DNA of 64,000 bases from Promethearchaeota archaeon (GCA_048937405.1 JBHLNF010000003.1:216624-280623), one strand, 5' to 3'. Positions 28,552-38,547 are shown, counted from the first letter of the stretch. The notes: generated by a model not told the origin, from the sequence alone. Translations and numbers: made by a program.

Positions 28552-30717
28552 ATGAGTTATGTAATATTAGATGAAGAAAAATATGATATAAAAGGAGGAA
28601 AACTAGATCTAAATTCTAAAAACATTGAAAATATAACTGAAATTAGAGGTTTAAAGACTTTTTCTGATTTACAGGTATTATATCTTAATAAAAACAAAAT
28701 AAAAGAGATTAATGGCTTAAAGCATTTAAATAAGTTGAAAGTGTTGGCCCTAAGTGATAATTTGATTACTGAAATAAAAGGTTTAGAATCAAATATTGAT
28801 CTAGAATGGTTGAATTTAAGAAGTAATCAAATTACTGAGCTTAGAAACCTAGCTTCATTAAGTAACTTAAAAATTTTAAACTTACGTGATAATAGAATTA
28901 CAGAGATTAAAGGATTAGAATCTTTAACTAATCTACAAGAATTAATTTTAACAGATAATCAAATTGCTGAAATTAGAGAACTACGCTATTTGTCAGATTT
29001 ACAAGAGATAGATTTAAAAAACAATTTAATTACTGAAATTAAAGGGTTGGAAAATCTTACTAAATTACAGCAGATTGATATGACGAATAATCAAATTTTT
29101 GAAATAAAAGGATTGGAAAATCTTACAAACTTGCAAGAATTAGTTCTTGCAGATAATAAAATTTCAGAAATTAAAGGGTTAGAAAATCTTACACGATTAC
29201 GAGTGCTAAACCTCAGCAATAATCAAATTACAGATGTTAGAGGGTTAGAATCTTTAACTAATTTAAAATTTTTGAATCTTAAAGGTAATCCAATTTCATA
29301 TAGATTGCTTAGAGAATTAGATGGTTTTGATCAAAAAGGAAATGCTAAAAAACCTCAAAAATTTGTAGAATATTGCCAATATAGATTGGAAGAGGAGAGG
29401 AAAAAAGTAGAAAGGATTTGGAACAATACCATTCAATACATTAAAAAGTCGAGTTCAATATATAGTGAAATAACATTAGATAAAATTAGTTCAAAAACAG
29501 GAATTCAATCAAAAAATTTAGAAAGTCTTATTGAGAATATGATTTATAATAAAGAGATAGATGCCCAAATCAGAGGAAATTTGCTAATTTTTAAAAAACA
29601 AGTAATAAAACCAAAACTAGAGCCTAAATTAGAAGAAATGCCGAAGTTATCTCAATTTTTAGATGAATCTATAAAAAAAAATGTTAAAGTTTTAAGGGGA
29701 GGAGATTGGAAAATTGAAGCAAACCAGAGTGTTTTTAATTATAAAGTAAAAATAAAAAACTTATCTAAGTATATTATTTCAGACATTCAAGTAATCTTTG
29801 GAGATATACCTCCAGGATTAGAATTAAGAATGGATAAATTAATCGAATTTTCAAAATTAAATCCTAATAGTGAGGTTGCCCCAACATATAAATTATATGC
29901 TACTGACAATTGTGTGGGAAGTGAAATAAAAGGTATCGTAAATTACAATGATCATTTTGGCCAAATGCACACAGTTCAAATAGAGCCATTTGAAATTTGC
30001 TATGTATGTAATTTACTTGTACCAAGGAGAGTATCTAGAGAGGAGTTTGAGAATACAATACAAAACATGGAAGGAAGGATTATGCATATAGATAGTAATA
30101 TGGATCCATATAAAATTGAGGCTCTTATTAAAAGAAAAATGGAAGAATGTAATTTTGCTTTGCTTAAAGAAATCACAGAAGCCCAACAAAATGGTTTTAG
30201 GAAAATCGAAGGATTAGCTCAAGGATTATATGATAAGCAAGATGTAGCTATATCAATTGCGATGAAAAAACTCGAGGAAGGTTCAGACATAGAAATAAAG
30301 ACTTTAAGTGATAAGGTGGAAAAAACAACTGATCTTTTAAAAGATATTAGTATTAAAATTGAAGACATAAAAAGTGATACTCAAAAAGTTCAAGATATTA
30401 TTTATTATTTGGATGAATCTAAAATCAGAGAAACTTTAAGTATTGTAATTGAAAATCCTAAAGATTTAAATAGAGTTATCTATAAAGTTATTAAAAATCC
30501 AAATTGGAGTGATGAAGAAAAAGATAAATGGGCTAAAATTGTTATGGAAACTCTCAATTATTACAAAATGTTTAAAACTCCGTTGTGGTTAAAATTCCTC
30601 AAAGGAATTACTAAAATCACATTAGGCGAACCAGCATCAAGAGCCATTACGGCTGGAGTGGAAGAATTAGTAGATTGGTTAAATTTAAAAATTGCTAAAC
30701 GGCATATTAATAAATAA
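28552..30717 (+). CDS. LRR protein: ~10 leucine-rich repeats + winged-helix module + unknown ~350-aa C-terminal domain
   Basis: Ten 22-aa repeats of type L..L..L.L..N.ItEIkGLE.L. WH-like segment ITLDKISSKTGIQSKNLESLIENMIYNKEIDAQIRGNLLIFKK. The ORF track starts at TTG 28534; ATG 28552 (MSYVILDE) is likelier. Confidence 0.8.
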   Translation: MSYVILDEEKYDIKGGKLDLNSKNIENITEIRGLKTFSDLQVLYLNKNKIKEINGLKHLNKLKVLALSDNLITEIKGLESNIDLEWLNLRSNQITELRNLASLSNLKILNLRDNRITEIKGLESLTNLQELILTDNQIAEIRELRYLSDLQEIDLKNNLITEIKGLENLTKLQQIDMTNNQIFEIKGLENLTNLQELVLADNKISEIKGLENLTRLRVLNLSNNQITDVRGLESLTNLKFLNLKGNPISYRLLRELDGFDQKGNAKKPQKFVEYCQYRLEEERKKVERIWNNTIQYIKKSSSIYSEITLDKISSKTGIQSKNLESLIENMIYNKEIDAQIRGNLLIFKKQVIKPKLEPKLEEMPKLSQFLDESIKKNVKVLRGGDWKIEANQSVFNYKVKIKNLSKYIISDIQVIFGDIPPGLELRMDKLIEFSKLNPNSEVAPTYKLYATDNCVGSEIKGIVNYNDHFGQMHTVQIEPFEICYVCNLLVPRRVSREEFENTIQNMEGRIMHIDSNMDPYKIEALIKRKMEECNFALLKEITEAQQNGFRKIEGLAQGLYDKQDVAISIAMKKLEEGSDIEIKTLSDKVEKTTDLLKDISIKIEDIKSDTQKVQDIIYYLDESKIRETLSIVIENPKDLNRVIYKVIKNPNWSDEEKDKWAKIVMETLNYYKMFKTPLWLKFLKGITKITLGEPASRAITAGVEELVDWLNLKIAKRHINK
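28612..29296 (+). repeat. 66-bp periodic coding repeats (LRR array)
   Basis: In-frame 22-codon periodicity. Recurrent ATTACTGAAATTAAAGGGTTAGAAAATCTTAC-like units. Confidence 0.8.
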
Positions 30718-30833
30718 TTTCCTCAACTTTTTTCTTATGCAATATTTAAGAATTAAGGAAAAAAAATAAAAAATTTCTTAGAGAATTTTTCCAGATGATT
30801 ATTTAATTCTCTAATTTTAAATCTAAAAAATTA

Positions 30834-33800
30834 TTATCTTAAGATTTCTTCATAGAGATTCTGGATAAATCCTTCGAAATCATCTTTAGTAAATTTAACA
30901 TTTAACATTTGCCATAGTAATCGAGGTATATGGTCTTCATCTTCATAAACAGGGATAATTTTCATCAGCCCTTTTTTAACCATTTGATATGCTGATTGCC
31001 ATTCACCTTTTACTGCATCAGATTTTATGGAATTTTCTGAGCAAAATAATACGAAAACATTAGTTTTTTTAAGAGTCTCTTCCATAAATTCTACGATATT
31101 TTGCTTGCTATCTACTTCCCAGAATAAGACCTGATCTATTTCAGGATATAATTCTAGTCGTCTAACAATTCTAGAAACTTGAAAGTAATCTGTGTCTAAT
31201 GTTGAATAACTTATGAAAACATTATGTTTTGCCATAATTTCTTCTTTAGGTATAAGTACTGCCGCTTCTAATGCCAGAGCTTTAGAGCTTGAAAAGTATT
31301 CACCTTGGATTTCTTTATTTTTAATCATATCTTGAATTACATTCTCAATTATAGTTTCATCTATTATACCGCTCTTTTCACTTATATCTACGAGTTGTAA
31401 ACGAGTAAATTTCGCCCCTAAGGTTAAGATTGTCTGCTTAATTCGATTAATTGTTTCTACTTGTGACTTTTTACAAATTAATATTTTTTCTTCAGCTGCA
31501 TTCACTAAGTCTATTAATTCAAAAGTCTGAGCTTCGTTTTGAATTTCTGTTAAATTTTCTATAGCTTTATCTAATTCATTCGCCTTAATTAGAGAATCTA
31601 CAAAAGACATTCTTTCTTGAAGTTCTTCTTCAGTTTTAGTTTTCTTTTCTTTAACTTTTTGTTCATCTATTTTAATCTGATAATATGCGATTGTAGTTTT
31701 AATTTGAGTTTTATTTGATTTTATTTTTTCTTTATATTCAATGAGATTATAATTTTTAACAATTTCTTTAGCTTCTTTAATTTGTTTTTGAGCTTGGTTT
31801 AAGGTCTCTATGGCATCACTATATTCTTGTTTCTGAGCAAACTTATTAGCCGTATCAATGAGGGATGTAGCTTTATTATAATATTTATCAACTTTTGCCT
31901 CTTGTTTAATCATTTCTTTAGTTTTTTTTTCAATGGGTGCTTCTGCGGATGGTTTCACTTTAGGAGGCTTCCTTTTCTTTGAAACAACAAGAAGACTTAC
32001 TAATATTAATCCTAAAATACCCACACTAACTACAATGATAATTAATACGAGGTAATTTTTACCGTCTCCAGGAGTACCTTTACTCAAGGTAAGAGGATCT
32101 ACGGCTAATTCGAGTTCAAAATATTTATCTGAATATCCGTTAGCAGAAATGGTCATATTTAACAAAATGGGCTCTTCTCCTGGTTCTACGGTTATCGGCT
32201 CAAAAGTTGTAAAATAGGTTCCCCCTCCAAGGTTTTGAACATTACTAGACACATCACTGCCATTCCACCACATCTGAAATGTTGCATCAGAAATTCCATG
32301 ATTAGTCTTATTATAGACAGAATAAGTAAGATTGAATTCGTCTAAAGAGAAATTAGAATCTGTCACTTCTATAAATAGATTCCTTTCTGGAGCCCATTGA
32401 CATGTATAGAAGTATGGCCAATTCAAAACATTCGGCAGAAATCCAGTTAAGGCAACGTGATGTGCAAAAATCACTTTTAAACAATATGCCCATACATGTG
32501 CAGAATCATTAATTAAAAGTTCTTGAATTCTGTCGTACATTACTTCTCTTGCAGGCCCGTCAGGGGTAATGAGCGCTTGTTCCATTAATAGCTGTACGTT
32601 ATCATTGATATTCTCAGGGTCTCTACCAGCATAACCTGCCTCTAAATATCCATCATATTGAGCAATATTAGAAGCTTCTGATCTATTGGTAAACAATGGA
32701 TTGATAAAGTCGCTAGCATCATTATAGTCAGGTCCCCAGCCAACAAGTAATAGCTCTAGATGATTTCTTGTATACCCGTTCCACTCGAACATTTTAGAGG
32801 TAAGAGTAATTAAATCACTCCCTGCATCCGTTACTCGAATTCCGATTTTCTTTAGATCTCTGATTAACATTGTATATACATCTTCTCGAAGTTCGGAGCC
32901 GATGTTATAAGAATAGTTAAAGGTTCTAAATGGAGAAGTCTCTGTTGCTGCAACCCATTCAGCGTCGTCATCTAGATTAAAGCCTTCCCCATATCCCATT
33001 GATTGCATTATTATTCTTGCCTTTGTTAAGTTATATATGGGAACAGGGAATGTCCAGTTGGAGTACTTAAAACCCATTGGAATAGGAGATTTCATTCTGA
33101 TGGCATAACCTAATTTGGTAGTATTAATCAGATAATCATAATTAAATGCATAAGAAATTGCTTCTCTCCATGTCCTATTTATCAGCATATTGTTCATTAC
33201 TAAGTATTGAAAAGTTCCACCAGTATCTCCAGTATTTATCACTGCTATGTCAGGATCATCTGTAAACATATCCACAAATTCTGCTACCGGGTCTTTTAAA
33301 AAGTGGATGTCCCCTGTTAATAATGCCGCATTTCTAGCATCCGGATCTTCAATTTCTGAAAAAACTAAATTATCAATGCCCCCCCAATATCCTCTCCAAT
33401 AATTATCATAAGCATGCAAGGTTACTTCGACATCCTCCTCATATGAATCATACACAAAAGGACCAGTTCCCACAACATCCCCATCAAGTTCAACAATACC
33501 GCCTGTTTCATTATAGTATGTGTCGGTCAATATGGATGAGGCCGTATAGCATAACAAGTCCTCGAAAGGCGCATAGACACCATTTAACTCAAACCTTACA
33601 GTATCACTATCTACTTTAACAACATCTTTTATAATTTGAGTACCATTAGGGTATACATATAATGATCTTACCAGGGGAATGCCGCCTGTATTAAGACCTG
33701 TGAAATTATACAACCAAGCTTGTCTATCAAAACTAAATACAACATCATCTGCGTCAAATGTGGAACCATCGTGGAAAGTGACACCAGTTCGGAGATTAAC

Positions 33801-34133
33801 AGTATAATTTGTGTGACTTACGTCCCAGGTACCCATTTCTGCGGCGAGTAGGGGCATGATCGGCAGAGTGGGATCGCTTAAAGTATAAGTAAATAATGTT
33901 TCCACAACCTGAAAGAGTACATCCATTGATGACTCATCCCAGCAATTTTGGGGATCAATTGTATTGAGTAAGTTCGGTACACCATAAACAAAGGGAATGC
34001 TCGCAGAATCTGCACTAAATAATAAACTTGAATCAATAGCATTTTTGCGATAATCTCTAAAATTAATGAAACCATTTGATAAAGAAAGTAATATTGTTAT
34101 AATTAAAAAAATTGTTTTATACTTTTTTTTCAT
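30834..34133 (-). CDS. Receptor-like membrane protein: signal peptide + SBP family-5 (peptide/nickel-type) ectodomain + Ig-like region + TM + coiled coil + WH + TIR domain
   Basis: MKKKYKTIFLIITILLSLS signal (ATG at 34133; the ORF track extends to 34205). SBP_bac_5-like blocks (DPQNCWDESSMDVLFQVVETLFTY, VTFHDGSTFDADDVVFSF, GTGPFVYDSY). TM YLVLIIIVVSVGILGLILVSLLVV followed by KKRKPPK. K/E-rich coiled coil. WH-like LQLVDISEKSGIIDETIIENVIQDMIKNKEIQG. TIR-like HNVFISYSTLD...VFVLFCSENSIKSDAVKGEWQ. Confidence 0.75.
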   Translation of the reverse strand: MKKKYKTIFLIITILLSLSNGFINFRDYRKNAIDSSLLFSADSASIPFVYGVPNLLNTIDPQNCWDESSMDVLFQVVETLFTYTLSDPTLPIMPLLAAEMGTWDVSHTNYTVNLRTGVTFHDGSTFDADDVVFSFDRQAWLYNFTGLNTGGIPLVRSLYVYPNGTQIIKDVVKVDSDTVRFELNGVYAPFEDLLCYTASSILTDTYYNETGGIVELDGDVVGTGPFVYDSYEEDVEVTLHAYDNYWRGYWGGIDNLVFSEIEDPDARNAALLTGDIHFLKDPVAEFVDMFTDDPDIAVINTGDTGGTFQYLVMNNMLINRTWREAISYAFNYDYLINTTKLGYAIRMKSPIPMGFKYSNWTFPVPIYNLTKARIIMQSMGYGEGFNLDDDAEWVAATETSPFRTFNYSYNIGSELREDVYTMLIRDLKKIGIRVTDAGSDLITLTSKMFEWNGYTRNHLELLLVGWGPDYNDASDFINPLFTNRSEASNIAQYDGYLEAGYAGRDPENINDNVQLLMEQALITPDGPAREVMYDRIQELLINDSAHVWAYCLKVIFAHHVALTGFLPNVLNWPYFYTCQWAPERNLFIEVTDSNFSLDEFNLTYSVYNKTNHGISDATFQMWWNGSDVSSNVQNLGGGTYFTTFEPITVEPGEEPILLNMTISANGYSDKYFELELAVDPLTLSKGTPGDGKNYLVLIIIVVSVGILGLILVSLLVVSKKRKPPKVKPSAEAPIEKKTKEMIKQEAKVDKYYNKATSLIDTANKFAQKQEYSDAIETLNQAQKQIKEAKEIVKNYNLIEYKEKIKSNKTQIKTTIAYYQIKIDEQKVKEKKTKTEEELQERMSFVDSLIKANELDKAIENLTEIQNEAQTFELIDLVNAAEEKILICKKSQVETINRIKQTILTLGAKFTRLQLVDISEKSGIIDETIIENVIQDMIKNKEIQGEYFSSSKALALEAAVLIPKEEIMAKHNVFISYSTLDTDYFQVSRIVRRLELYPEIDQVLFWEVDSKQNIVEFMEETLKKTNVFVLFCSENSIKSDAVKGEWQSAYQMVKKGLMKIIPVYEDEDHIPRLLWQMLNVKFTKDDFEGFIQNLYEEILR

Positions 34134-34715
34134 AAATTTGACCCTATTTTTTGTTATGATTATTTTAGATAGAAATGTATAAAAACATTTTTGTCTAAAT
34201 TTCAAAACTAGAAAGTTGACCTGAAAAAACCAACGTTAAGAGATTGAATCGTTAAGAGATTAAATAAAGAGAGACATAACTATTAATTTGTAGTTATTAC
34301 TGTAGGAGTGCAAATAGTAATAACCAATATCTGTCATATTTTTAAAATATATGGAAATATTTTCGAATCATTTACTGGACATCATTATTTATACTTTGCT
34401 TGTATTTTATTTTAGATATTGCAATATCTTTAATGTTTTAATATAGTTCACTTAAACAACTTACTGTTTTTTAAATTACTAAATCTACAATCTTAATAAC
34501 ATATTAAGAGAAGATTTTTAAAGAAATCTAAAGCAATTTAAAATGATAATTCAATATTGGTGGTGAAAAATGATGATTCATTGTCATGAAATGAAAGATG
34601 GAGATATATATAAAAGTAAATAATCAAATATAGAATGTTATGAATGGTGAAACTTTTATTATCTTATTTGAATTATAAATAATTAATTTAATTTTCAAAA
34701 CGAAAAAATAAGAAA

Positions 34716-35489
34716 ATGTCGCTTCCATCAAAAAAAGCTATTCAAGTTGATGAGAATACAGTTAATTATGAGTATAAAATGTTAAACCATGTAATGTCGC
34801 TGGTTTACCACGAAGATAAATGCATTGAATGTGGATTTTGTCATCGAGTTTGCCCTGTTACTGTTTCAATTTATGATGAGCCTTTAAAAAAAACTGCAAT
34901 AGGAACACCAAAAGAGATGAGCATTGAATCAGACAAAAAAATCGTAGTTGATACAGAGAAATGTGTATGGTGTGGCTGTTGTACCTGGATCTGTCCAGGT
35001 TATACGTTAGAACTTTTCATAAATGGAGAGAAAAAGTTAAATGTTGTCGAGAATGGTTCACTTCCAGAATTCGAAGAAGAAGTAAGGACATTAGAAGATG
35101 GAAAAAAAGTTCGAAAAGTAGTAGAAGGTTCTATAACAATTACGTGTAATGAGAAAGATAAAAAAATAATAGAGGCATTTTGCGACGAATGTACCGTCAG
35201 TGCGATGGAAAGAAAGGATACTGAAATTGAAATAGATGGAGATAAATGCATTCTATGTTTTAAATGCTCTGAAGCAGCTAAGGAATATGATAATATTACT
35301 GTTGAAATTCATCGTGATAGATTTAAAAATGTAAAAGGAGAGCCTTCTTCTGTGTGGAATGGTATTATGTTAAGAGTTCTTGGAAAAGAAGGTAAAGTTA
35401 AGGGTATTTTGAGTCGAAGCCAAAATAAACTTGCTGATGCAGTTATGAGATTAATGGGAAAAGAATTTGAAGAAGAAGAGGAAGCTTAA
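34716..35489 (+). CDS. 4Fe-4S ferredoxin-domain (polyferredoxin-like) protein
   Basis: CIECGFCHRVCP, CVWCGCCTWICP, CILCFKCSEA. Confidence 0.6.
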   Translation: MSLPSKKAIQVDENTVNYEYKMLNHVMSLVYHEDKCIECGFCHRVCPVTVSIYDEPLKKTAIGTPKEMSIESDKKIVVDTEKCVWCGCCTWICPGYTLELFINGEKKLNVVENGSLPEFEEEVRTLEDGKKVRKVVEGSITITCNEKDKKIIEAFCDECTVSAMERKDTEIEIDGDKCILCFKCSEAAKEYDNITVEIHRDRFKNVKGEPSSVWNGIMLRVLGKEGKVKGILSRSQNKLADAVMRLMGKEFEEEEEA

Positions 35490-35534
35490 ATTACCACTTT
35501 CTTTATCCTATTTTTGTTATTTTATCATAAGAAT

Positions 35535-36410
35535 TTATTGTTTGTATAATTTATTTTGTTGAAATGCCTGTAAAATAGCATTCATTCGTCTTTTAATATT
35601 TCTCTTATACATCAAGTCAGTATGGGTTAATATATAAAACACTTCATCCCTTATTGCTTGAAATACAATGTCACCTACATTATTAGGTGAAAGTCCTGCC
35701 TTTAACATTTGACGAGTCATTTCTAATACTTGCTTAGATTCTGGATACTTCTCAATCAGTTTTTCTGCAACGGGTTTATAATCTGGTCCGCGATACTTAG
35801 CAGGACGATTACGTTCACAATCCATAATTTTTGTATCAACAAATGATGGGCAAAGAACAGAAACCTTTATTTTTGAGTGTACTTGTTCAAGTTGCTGAGC
35901 TAAAGCTTCAGAGAGGACAATAATACCATGTTTTGTAGCACCATAAATCCCATTTCCCGCACCTGACATGAGTCCAGCAAGAGACGATGTATTTAATATA
36001 TGACATTCATTTTGTTGTTTAAGCATGATTGGAACAAAATTACGTATACCATGGATTACACCCCAAAAGTTTACATTAATAATCCATTTCCAATCGGGTA
36101 GAGAATGTTCCCACATAAGGCCAGGCATCATCACACCAGCATTATTACATAATAAATGCACTTCTCCAAAAGTATCTATTGATTTTTGGGCTAATGCCTT
36201 AACTTCTTTTGCTTTTGAAACATCTGTTAATACAGATATAACATTCGCTCTTACTGCTTTCAATTCCTTTTCGGCGTTAGATAATGCATCTATATCAATG
36301 TCGGCAAGGACGACGTTCATTCCTTCCTTAACAGCTCTATTTGCAATTCCACGTCCTATGCCATTTGCACCGCCCGTGATAACAGCAACTTTATCTTTAA
36401 AATCTTTCAT
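35535..36410 (-). CDS. Short-chain dehydrogenase/reductase (SDR)
   Basis: VAVITGGANGIGRGIA, NNAG, and catalytic YGATKHG (YxxxK). Confidence 0.85.
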   Translation of the reverse strand: MKDFKDKVAVITGGANGIGRGIANRAVKEGMNVVLADIDIDALSNAEKELKAVRANVISVLTDVSKAKEVKALAQKSIDTFGEVHLLCNNAGVMMPGLMWEHSLPDWKWIINVNFWGVIHGIRNFVPIMLKQQNECHILNTSSLAGLMSGAGNGIYGATKHGIIVLSEALAQQLEQVHSKIKVSVLCPSFVDTKIMDCERNRPAKYRGPDYKPVAEKLIEKYPESKQVLEMTRQMLKAGLSPNNVGDIVFQAIRDEVFYILTHTDLMYKRNIKRRMNAILQAFQQNKLYKQ

Positions 36411-36676
36411 AAGGATCTCGTTATAATTACTTAATTATAAAATCTAAAATTAGATATTAATAAAAAAAAATAAGATAAAATATAACATTTTTCAAAAAAA
36501 ATGACAATTATATAAAAAAATCAAAATTTAACTTTTATCCGCAAATACAATATTTCTAATAATTATAAGAGGTAGAAAATTATAAAACTAAAAAATTAAA
36601 AAACTATCTACCACATATTTAGATTGTTATTTCTAATAAAACAAAACCTATTAAAAAATTGATAAAGTGATATAAA

Positions 36677-37684
36677 ATGGCAAAAAGAGTTGCAATCAAC
36701 GGTTTTGGGCGTATAGGACGTCTATTTTTCCGAGCTGTTTATGATAATTTCTGGAATGATATTGATATTGTGTCAATCAACGATCTTTTTGAACCAAAAT
36801 ATTTGGCGTATGCGTTAAAATATGACTCTGTCTTTGGAAGATTTAAAGGAAAAGTAGAATCTACTGAAAACTCATTGATAATTGATGGTAAGAACATACC
36901 AATAACTGCTGAGAGAGATCCTGCAGCTTTACCACATGCTAGCAATAATATTGATGTTGCTGTTGAATCTACTGGTCGATTCGTAAATAGAGAAGGAGCT
37001 AGTAAGCATTTAACTGCTGGGGCAAAAAGAGTTTTAATTAGTGCTCCCGCAACAGATCCAGATATTACTGTTGTTCTTGGATGTAATGATGATAAATTAA
37101 CAAGTGATCATAAAATTATTTCAAATGCATCTTGTACGACTAATTGTTTAGCTCCCGTAGTAAAAGTTTTACAAGAATCTGTAAAAATTAAGTACGGTAT
37201 AATGACTACAATCCATTCGTATACTAATGATCAATCCACAGCAGATATAGCACGTGCTGGAACTCCAGAGAAAATGATCCGAGGAAGAGCTGCCGCAGCC
37301 AACATGATCCCAACTTCAACGGGAGCAGCTAAAGCTATTGGATTGGTTTTTCCTGAATTGCAAGGAAAATTAGATGGAATAGCAATGAGAGTTCCAACTC
37401 CAGATGGTAGTGTTGTAGATCTTAAAGCAGTAGTCGAGAATCCAATCTCAGCAGTAGAGATTAATGCAAAGATGAGAGAAGCAGCTAACGGATCCTTAAA
37501 GGGTATCTTAGATTATACCGATGATCCAATAGTAAGTAGTGATATTGTTGGAAATCCTCATAGTTCTGTCTTTAGTAGCCTCTGGACGAAAGTAATCAAT
37601 GATGAAGTCTCCGTTTTATCATGGTACGATAATGAATGGGGATTTTCTAACCGTATGGCTGAATTAATCATTAAAAAGCTATAA
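36677..37684 (+). CDS. gap: Glyceraldehyde-3-phosphate dehydrogenase, class I (bacterial/eukaryotic type)
   Basis: VAINGFGRIGRLFFRA, active site SNASCTTNCLAP, WYDNEWGFS. 335 aa. Confidence 0.9.
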   Translation: MAKRVAINGFGRIGRLFFRAVYDNFWNDIDIVSINDLFEPKYLAYALKYDSVFGRFKGKVESTENSLIIDGKNIPITAERDPAALPHASNNIDVAVESTGRFVNREGASKHLTAGAKRVLISAPATDPDITVVLGCNDDKLTSDHKIISNASCTTNCLAPVVKVLQESVKIKYGIMTTIHSYTNDQSTADIARAGTPEKMIRGRAAAANMIPTSTGAAKAIGLVFPELQGKLDGIAMRVPTPDGSVVDLKAVVENPISAVEINAKMREAANGSLKGILDYTDDPIVSSDIVGNPHSSVFSSLWTKVINDEVSVLSWYDNEWGFSNRMAELIIKKL

Positions 37685-37836
37685 ATATCTAACTTTTTTA
37701 ATTCCTTTTTTTATTTTTCGCATTAAAATTAGATTAGAAATAGTTCAAGAAAATCTAAACTTTCTTAATCCAACCTAAGTTCTTAAAAAATTTTACAATT
37801 AAATTTTAAAGTGTTTATATTAAAAAAAAATTGAAT

Positions 37837-38547
37837 TTAAATTTTAATTCTTAACTCTTTTTGCTTTCTCATAAGAATAATCAATGAGATAATAGTTATT
37901 ATAGGAAAAACTAAGAAGATTTCGAAACTTGGAATTCCATTTCCTTCTCCAGATTGAGAGGTAAACATATTTGTGTCTGTTAATGTAAAAATGAGGGGAT
38001 TACCTACAGGTCTTTGGAATGTACCATTAATAAGTAGTCCAGTACTCCGTTCATACCAAACTTGAGTTGAATAAATCATATCTTCTAAAACCCATATATC
38101 TAAACTTCCGAATCCTGGATAATTCACTGTTAATTCGTCAGTAACGTTAAAAGTACGATCGGAGGAACCAACAATTACAATTGGTATTAAATCCCCGATA
38201 GAAACATCTGTGAATATCCATATTACTGAATGATTCCCATCCCCAAATGCTAATGTGTTAGAATTTGAAATTAGTCGAGTTTGTATATTTTCAAACCAAG
38301 ATACCATAGCATCATATTCAGGAACCCTCAGAGTAACATTATATAAATCACCTGAATAATGAGCGTAACTATAATCGTGACTATAGGTTAATCCAAAGTC
38401 ATATGTATAATTAGCATACAATCCATCAAAAATTTTTCCTTGAGATGTTCTAAGATTACCTTGTTCTCCAAAACTATATGAAGAAAAAGTCATAAATAGT
38501 GAAAAACTTAAAAAAATTATTAAAAAAAATGTTTTTTTCGATTGCAT
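37837..38547 (-). CDS. Secreted protein with C-terminal PGF-CTERM-like (PSF variant) membrane anchor
   Basis: N-terminal signal FFLIIFLSFSLFMTFSS. Several N-x-S/T sequons. C-terminus GNGIPSFEIFLVFPIITIISLIILMRKQK. Confidence 0.45.
   Translation of the reverse strand: MQSKKTFFLIIFLSFSLFMTFSSYSFGEQGNLRTSQGKIFDGLYANYTYDFGLTYSHDYSYAHYSGDLYNVTLRVPEYDAMVSWFENIQTRLISNSNTLAFGDGNHSVIWIFTDVSIGDLIPIVIVGSSDRTFNVTDELTVNYPGFGSLDIWVLEDMIYSTQVWYERSTGLLINGTFQRPVGNPLIFTLTDTNMFTSQSGEGNGIPSFEIFLVFPIITIISLIILMRKQKELRIKI

Noticed and set aside
28612-29296. Regular 66-bp periodic repeats that could superficially resemble a CRISPR-like array.
   Set aside because: The periodicity is in frame and encodes 22-aa leucine-rich repeats within one long ORF. 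There are no unique spacers between invariant repeats.
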